Assembly: GCA_964544675.1 (NCBI GenBank) | Contig: CAZJCT010000003.1 | Location: 6,203-70,202, forward strand | Origin: an uncultured Sphingobium sp. | GTDB taxonomy: Bacteria > Pseudomonadota > Alphaproteobacteria > Sphingomonadales > Sphingomonadaceae | DNA length: 64,000 nt | Direction of reading: 5' to 3' | Shown: piece by piece, positions 59,191 to 64,000 of the stretch | Layout of the letters: every line of letters begins with the position of its first letter | Numbering within the stretch: the first letter of the stretch is position 1 | Made by a program: the position numbers and the translations under genes | The notes under the pieces: model-generated | Databases searched by the model: none | The model's input: only the letters and a program-made list of their open reading frames with translations | Told to the model about the DNA's origin: nothing

Positions 59191-62100
59191 TCAACTCAAT
59201 GACTTGGCGAGTCCGCGCGAGAGTTGAAGGGCGCCGTTGAGCCGCGATTTACCGTCTTTCCAGCTCCGCTGGATGACAAGCTTGCTGTCGGGCCGCAGCC
59301 GTGCCGTCTCGCCGAGTCGGTCGACATAGGCGAGAAGGCCCGGAATATTGCTGCACTGGTCGCCCTGGAAGCTGACGAGAGCGCCCTTTGGCCCCACGTC
59401 GATCCTCGCCACGCCGGCGGCGATGCAGTTGCGCTTGACCTCGATGAGGGTGAGAAGGTTCTGCGTCGGCGGGGGCAGCGGCCCGAAGCGGTCGATCATC
59501 TCCGCCGCGAAGCTCTCGATCTCGCCTTGGTCCGCGAGGTCGTTGACACGGCGATAGAGGCTCATGCGCAGGTCGAGGTCCGGCACATAGTCTTCCGGGA
59601 TCAGGATCGGCGCCTCGACATTGATTTGCGGCGAGAAGGCCTCGCGCGGCGCTTCGTCCTTCGGCCCCAGCCGGGCTTCGTTGATGGCGTCCTCCAGCAT
59701 CGACTGGTACAGTTCGAAGCCCACCTCCTTGATGTGGCCCGACTGCTCGTCGCCGACCAGATTGCCCGCGCCGCGAATGTCGAGGTCATGGCTGGCGAGC
59801 TGGAAGCCGGCGCCGAGCGTGTCGAGGTTCGAGAGCACCTGAAGCCGCTTCTCCGCCGTTTCGGTGATGACCCGGTCGGGCGTGGTGGTCAGATAGGCAT
59901 AGGCGCGCGTCTTCGACCGCCCGACCCGTCCGCGAAGCTGGTAGAGCTGCGCCAGTCCGAACCGGTCGGCGCGGTGGACGATCAGCGTGTTGGCGCTGGG
60001 AATATCCAGCCCGCTTTCGACGATGGTCGTCGACAGCAGCACGTCATATTTGCGGTCGTAGAAGGCGGACATGCGCTCTTCGACCTCGGTCGGGCTCATC
60101 TGGCCGTGCGCTGTGATCGCCTTGATCTCGGGCACCTGGACACGCAGATATTCCTCGATGTCGGAAAGGTCCGATACGCGCGGGACGACGAAATAGCTCT
60201 GACCGCCGCGATAATGCTCGCGAAGCAGCGCCTCGCGCAGGACCACGGGGTCCCAGGGCATGACATAGGTGCGTACCGCCAGCCGGTCGACCGGCGGGGT
60301 CTGGATCACCGACAGCTCGCGAAGCCCCGACATCGCCATTTGCAATGTGCGCGGGATTGGCGTGGCGGTGAGTGTCAGGACATGGACGTCGGTCTTGAGC
60401 TGCTTCAGCCGTTCCTTGTGGGTGACGCCGAACCGCTGTTCCTCGTCGACGATGACAAGGCCCAGCCGCTTGAACGCGACGCTCTTGGCCAGCAGTGCGT
60501 GCGTGCCGATGACAACGTCCAGCGTACCGTCGGCAAGCCCCTCCCTGACTGCGTTCGCCTCCGCTGCCGGAACGAGGCGCGAGAGGCGGCCGACCTTGAG
60601 CGGGAAGCCGCGAAAGCGTTCCTCGAAATTCAGATGGTGCTGGCGCGCGAGCAGCGTGGTGGGGCAGACGATCGCGACCTGCGCCCCGGCCATCGCCGCA
60701 ACGAAGGCGGCACGCAGCGCGACCTCGGTCTTGCCGAAGCCGACGTCGCCGCAGACCAGCCGATCCATGGGCCGGCCCGCCGCCAGATCGTCGAGAACAT
60801 CGGCAATGGCGCGGTCCTGATCGTCGGTTTCGTCATAGGGAAAGCGATCGACGAAGGCCGGATAGCCCGCACTGTCGGGTTCGAGCACCGCGCCGGGGCG
60901 AAGCGCGCGCTTGGCCGCCGTGGCCAGAAGCTCACCCGCGATCTCGCGGATCCGCTCCTTCATCCGCGCCTTGCGACGCTGCCAGGCCTCTCCGCCCAGC
61001 TTGTCGAGCGCGATGCCCTCGCTCTCCGAGCCGTAGCGCGAGAGCACGTCGAGATTTTCGACGGGCACATAGAGCTTGTCGCCGCCGGCATATTCCAGCG
61101 CGACGCAATCGTGGGGCGCCTGGCCAACGGGAATGCTGGTCAGCCCCTCATAGCGGCCGATGCCGTGGTCGGCATGAACCACGAGGTCGCCGGGGGTGAG
61201 CGTCGACAGCTCGGCGAGGAAGGCGTCGGCGGACTTGCGACGCTTCGCACGGCGGACGAGCCGGTCGCCCAGCACGTCCTGCTCGGTCAGGAGCGCGATG
61301 TCCTTGGTCGAGAAACCGTGGTCGAGCGGCAGGACGATCAGCGCGACGGCCTTCGCGCTCTGACCCAGCGCTTCCTGCCAGCTCTCGGCAAGCGTGATCG
61401 ACTTGACGCCATGGTCGCCGAGCAGGCCCGACAGCCGCTCTCTCGCGCCGTTAGAATAGCTCGCGATGATCCGCTTGCGCCCGACCGTCGCCTCGCGCGC
61501 CAGATGCTCGCCGAGCACCTGATAGACATTGGCGCTCTGGGCGCGTTCGGGGGCGAAGTCGCGTGCCGGATCGACCCCCAGGTCGACGACGCGGTCGCTG
61601 TCGGGCTCGTGGAACCCGCTGGTGGCGTGGATCGGCAGACTCTCGCGGGCGTCCTCCCACTCCGCGCGCCGCAGGTACAGCGAATCGGGTGCCAGCGGGC
61701 GATAGGCGCCCGGCTCGGCACTTGCGGCGCGGACACGATTGTCGTGGTAGTCGGCGATCGCCTCGAAGCGCTGCTCGACGGCTTGCGCGGCATTGCCGTC
61801 GGCGATCCACAGCTTCGCATCGGCCAGATGGTCGAACAGCGTGGCCAGCTTTTCTTCGAACAGCGGCAGCCAATGCTCCATCCCCGCGAGGCGGCGCCCT
61901 TCGCTGACCGCCTGGTAAAGCGGGTCGCCGGTCGCCGTCGCGCCGAACATCTCGCGATAGCGGCTGCGGAAGCGCTTGACGCTCTCCTCGTCGAGCAGCG
62001 TTTCCGAGGCCGGGAGCAGGGTGATGGCATCGACCGCTTCCACGGTGCGCTGGCTGTTGGGATCGAAACGGCGCAGCGTCTCGATCTCGTCGCCGAAGAA

Positions 62101-62646
62101 GTCGAGGCGAAGCGGACCCGCTTCGCCCGAGGGCCACAGATCGACGATACCGCCACGAACCGCGAACTCGCCCGCGTCGCGCACGGTGTCGGTGCGCAGA
62201 TAGCCGTTGGCGGCAAGCAGCTTGATGAGCCGGTCGGTCTCGATCCGCTCCTTGGGCGCGAGCCGCGCGACAAGCTGCCGGATACGGAACGGAGTCAGCA
62301 CCCTCTGGGTGATCGCGTTGGCGGCGGTCAGGACGAGCTGCGGCGCCGTCGCCTTCGCCTGGAGCGCGTACAGCCCCGCCAGCCGCTCGGACGCGGTGCG
62401 CAGGCTGGGCGAAGCGCGGTCATAAGGCAGGCAGTCCCAGGCCGGGATGCGGATGACCTCGATCTCCGGCGCGAAATAGGTCGCGGTGTCGGCTACCGCC
62501 TGCATCATCTGGGCGTCGGCGGCGATGAAGACTGCGCGGCCCGCTGCGCGCGTCAGATCGGCCAGCAGGACAGGCGCGAAACCGCCCGGCACTCCCGCAA
62601 GCGTGAGGGCGTGGCGGGCGCCGGTGATCTTGCTGATGATCGTCAT
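59191..62646 (-). CDS. mfd: Transcription-repair coupling factor
   Basis: GDVGFGKTEVA, DEEQRFGV, QLRGRVGRS; 1151 aa. Confidence 0.98.
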   Translation of the reverse strand: MTIISKITGARHALTLAGVPGGFAPVLLADLTRAAGRAVFIAADAQMMQAVADTATYFAPEIEVIRIPAWDCLPYDRASPSLRTASERLAGLYALQAKATAPQLVLTAANAITQRVLTPFRIRQLVARLAPKERIETDRLIKLLAANGYLRTDTVRDAGEFAVRGGIVDLWPSGEAGPLRLDFFGDEIETLRRFDPNSQRTVEAVDAITLLPASETLLDEESVKRFRSRYREMFGATATGDPLYQAVSEGRRLAGMEHWLPLFEEKLATLFDHLADAKLWIADGNAAQAVEQRFEAIADYHDNRVRAASAEPGAYRPLAPDSLYLRRAEWEDARESLPIHATSGFHEPDSDRVVDLGVDPARDFAPERAQSANVYQVLGEHLAREATVGRKRIIASYSNGARERLSGLLGDHGVKSITLAESWQEALGQSAKAVALIVLPLDHGFSTKDIALLTEQDVLGDRLVRRAKRRKSADAFLAELSTLTPGDLVVHADHGIGRYEGLTSIPVGQAPHDCVALEYAGGDKLYVPVENLDVLSRYGSESEGIALDKLGGEAWQRRKARMKERIREIAGELLATAAKRALRPGAVLEPDSAGYPAFVDRFPYDETDDQDRAIADVLDDLAAGRPMDRLVCGDVGFGKTEVALRAAFVAAMAGAQVAIVCPTTLLARQHHLNFEERFRGFPLKVGRLSRLVPAAEANAVREGLADGTLDVVIGTHALLAKSVAFKRLGLVIVDEEQRFGVTHKERLKQLKTDVHVLTLTATPIPRTLQMAMSGLRELSVIQTPPVDRLAVRTYVMPWDPVVLREALLREHYRGGQSYFVVPRVSDLSDIEEYLRVQVPEIKAITAHGQMSPTEVEERMSAFYDRKYDVLLSTTIVESGLDIPSANTLIVHRADRFGLAQLYQLRGRVGRSKTRAYAYLTTTPDRVITETAEKRLQVLSNLDTLGAGFQLASHDLDIRGAGNLVGDEQSGHIKEVGFELYQSMLEDAINEARLGPKDEAPREAFSPQINVEAPILIPEDYVPDLDLRMSLYRRVNDLADQGEIESFAAEMIDRFGPLPPPTQNLLTLIEVKRNCIAAGVARIDVGPKGALVSFQGDQCSNIPGLLAYVDRLGETARLRPDSKLVIQRSWKDGKSRLNGALQLSRGLAKSLS

Positions 62647-62725
62647 GGGTTGGTGGGGATTTCTCGTTCGAAAGTCATATGTTCGCGGGACGGGTCGGCG
62701 TGGCCGCGCGGTGCCGAAAAGACGG

Positions 62726-62989
62726 TCAGTTCACCTGCACGTAATCAAGTCGCCGCAGCGCATCCATCATGGGCCCTTCCCAGTGCGGCGGCACGGCGAT
62801 GGATCCCATCGCCCAGCCCATGATATCGACGTCAACTTCCTCGACCAGCCGCTCGAACCACTCGACCTCGGCTTCGTTCCAGCCAGCCGAATAGCGGTCG
62901 AAGAAGCCGCCGACGATATAGTCGGCTTCGCGCGTGCCCCGGTGCCATGCCCGAAAGCGCAGGCGGCGAAGGCGGTGATCGAGTGACAT
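62726..62989 (-). CDS. Succinate dehydrogenase assembly factor 2 (SdhE/Sdh5)
   Basis: RLRFRAWHRGTREAD; mfd-recG context. Confidence 0.88.
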   Translation of the reverse strand: MSLDHRLRRLRFRAWHRGTREADYIVGGFFDRYSAGWNEAEVEWFERLVEEVDVDIMGWAMGSIAVPPHWEGPMMDALRRLDYVQVN

Positions 62990-63179
62990 GGACTATCCTG
63001 ACTGTTGGCCACGCGAGGGCTTTGCAATGACGTGGCTGCGACGTTAGACGGTGACGACGTTCACCATGTCCGTTCGTGTCGAGCGAAGTCGAGACACCCC
63101 GCGCGAACGGTTCTCGACTTCGCTCGAACCGAACGGAGGGCGAGCACGCCTTGCCACCACATTCCAGCAGCCATTAGCC

Positions 63180-64000
63180 ATGCGCCCCGAACTTCTCAAT
63201 CCGATGTTTGCCGAGGTGGCCGCGCTCAAGGGTGTGGGGCCGCAGGTCGAGAAAGCGCTGGGGCGTTTGTCGCTCGGGCGCGCGGTCGACCTTGCCTTTC
63301 ATCTGCCGGTGACCTGGGTCGAGCGGCAGATGGTTGCGCGCCTCGACGACGCAGTGCCGGGGCGGATGGTCGGCGTGCCGCTGACCGCAACGGGCTACGC
63401 GTCGAGCGGATCGGCGCGCGCGCCCTTTCGCGTGACCTGCGTCGATGATGCGGGCGATGTCGTGCGGATCGTGTATTTCGGGGGTAACAGCGGCTGGCCG
63501 CGCAAGCTTTTCCCGCTGAACGAGCGTCGCTTCGTGTCGGGCCGCCTCGACCTTTACGGCGAGGAACGACAGATCGTTCATCCCGACCATGTGCTCGAGA
63601 TTGCCGAGGCGGCGAGCGTTCCCCCGCGCGAGCCGGTCTATGGCCTGACCGAGGGGCTGAATAACGGGCGCATGCGCGAACTCGTGGCGCAGGCGCTGGT
63701 CCGTGCGCCCGACCTCCCTGAGTGGATCGAACCGGGGCTGAAGGCGGCGCGGGGCTGGCCGGACTGGCACGAGGCATTGCTCGCGGTGCATGCCGATCCG
63801 GCGGCGGCGAAGGCGCGCGAGCGATTGGCCTATGACGAGCTGTTCGCCGGGCAGCTCGCGCTGATGCTGCTCCGCGCGTCGGGGCGGCGACGGCGCGGCG
63901 TGCCGTTGCAGGGGGACGGGCGGTTGCGCGACTCGCTGCGCCTGCCCTTCGCGCCGACCGGGGCGCAGCGCCGCGCGGTGGAGGAGATCACCGGGGACAT
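63180..64000 (+). CDS. recG: ATP-dependent DNA helicase RecG (3' truncated by the window)
   Basis: MRPELLNPMFA...LKGVGP...EPVYGLTEGL...RLAYDELFA...LPFAPTGAQ. Confidence 0.92.
   Translation, partial: MRPELLNPMFAEVAALKGVGPQVEKALGRLSLGRAVDLAFHLPVTWVERQMVARLDDAVPGRMVGVPLTATGYASSGSARAPFRVTCVDDAGDVVRIVYFGGNSGWPRKLFPLNERRFVSGRLDLYGEERQIVHPDHVLEIAEAASVPPREPVYGLTEGLNNGRMRELVAQALVRAPDLPEWIEPGLKAARGWPDWHEALLAVHADPAAAKARERLAYDELFAGQLALMLLRASGRRRRGVPLQGDGRLRDSLRLPFAPTGAQRRAVEEITGD

Noticed and set aside
59224..62823. 1199-aa plus-strand ORF
   Set aside because: Antisense shadow of mfd.

Overview
GC-rich alphaproteobacterial chromosome segment; the host genes look Sphingomonadaceae-like. It contains an apparently complete ~44.9 kb lambdoid siphovirus-type prophage (8764-53659) integrated at the 3' end of a tRNA-Asn(GTT) gene and bounded by a 15-bp direct repeat. 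Left host flank: a partial filamentous-haemagglutinin-like gene, a CHAT-domain gene, a RadC/JAB gene and thyA. Right host flank: tRNA-Asn, NAD kinase, moaA, GGDEF/EAL, HD-GYP, mfd, an SDH assembly factor and a partial recG. Prophage order: leftward early operon (cro, CII-like, GapR-like, ParB, J-domain, AlpA); cI with envelope-targeted moron genes; LexA-like and late-activator-like regulators; cos, terminase, portal and protease-capsid; tail; lysis; hicAB; then a right-arm module with SRAP, a second integrase, Com, C5 and N6 methyltransferases, a wHTH Rep-like gene and the att-proximal integrase. Most notable: (1) the tail-region SGNH esterase has a close paralog re-tooled as a Tat-exported lipoprotein in the immunity region; (2) the C5 methyltransferase is encoded in two overlapping frames that share one ribosome-binding site downstream of a Com zinc finger; (3) two convergent integrase paralogs have matching inverted arm-type sites; (4) the only replication-type gene joins the early operon only after excision. 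All calls come from reading motifs by eye; no database searches were run.
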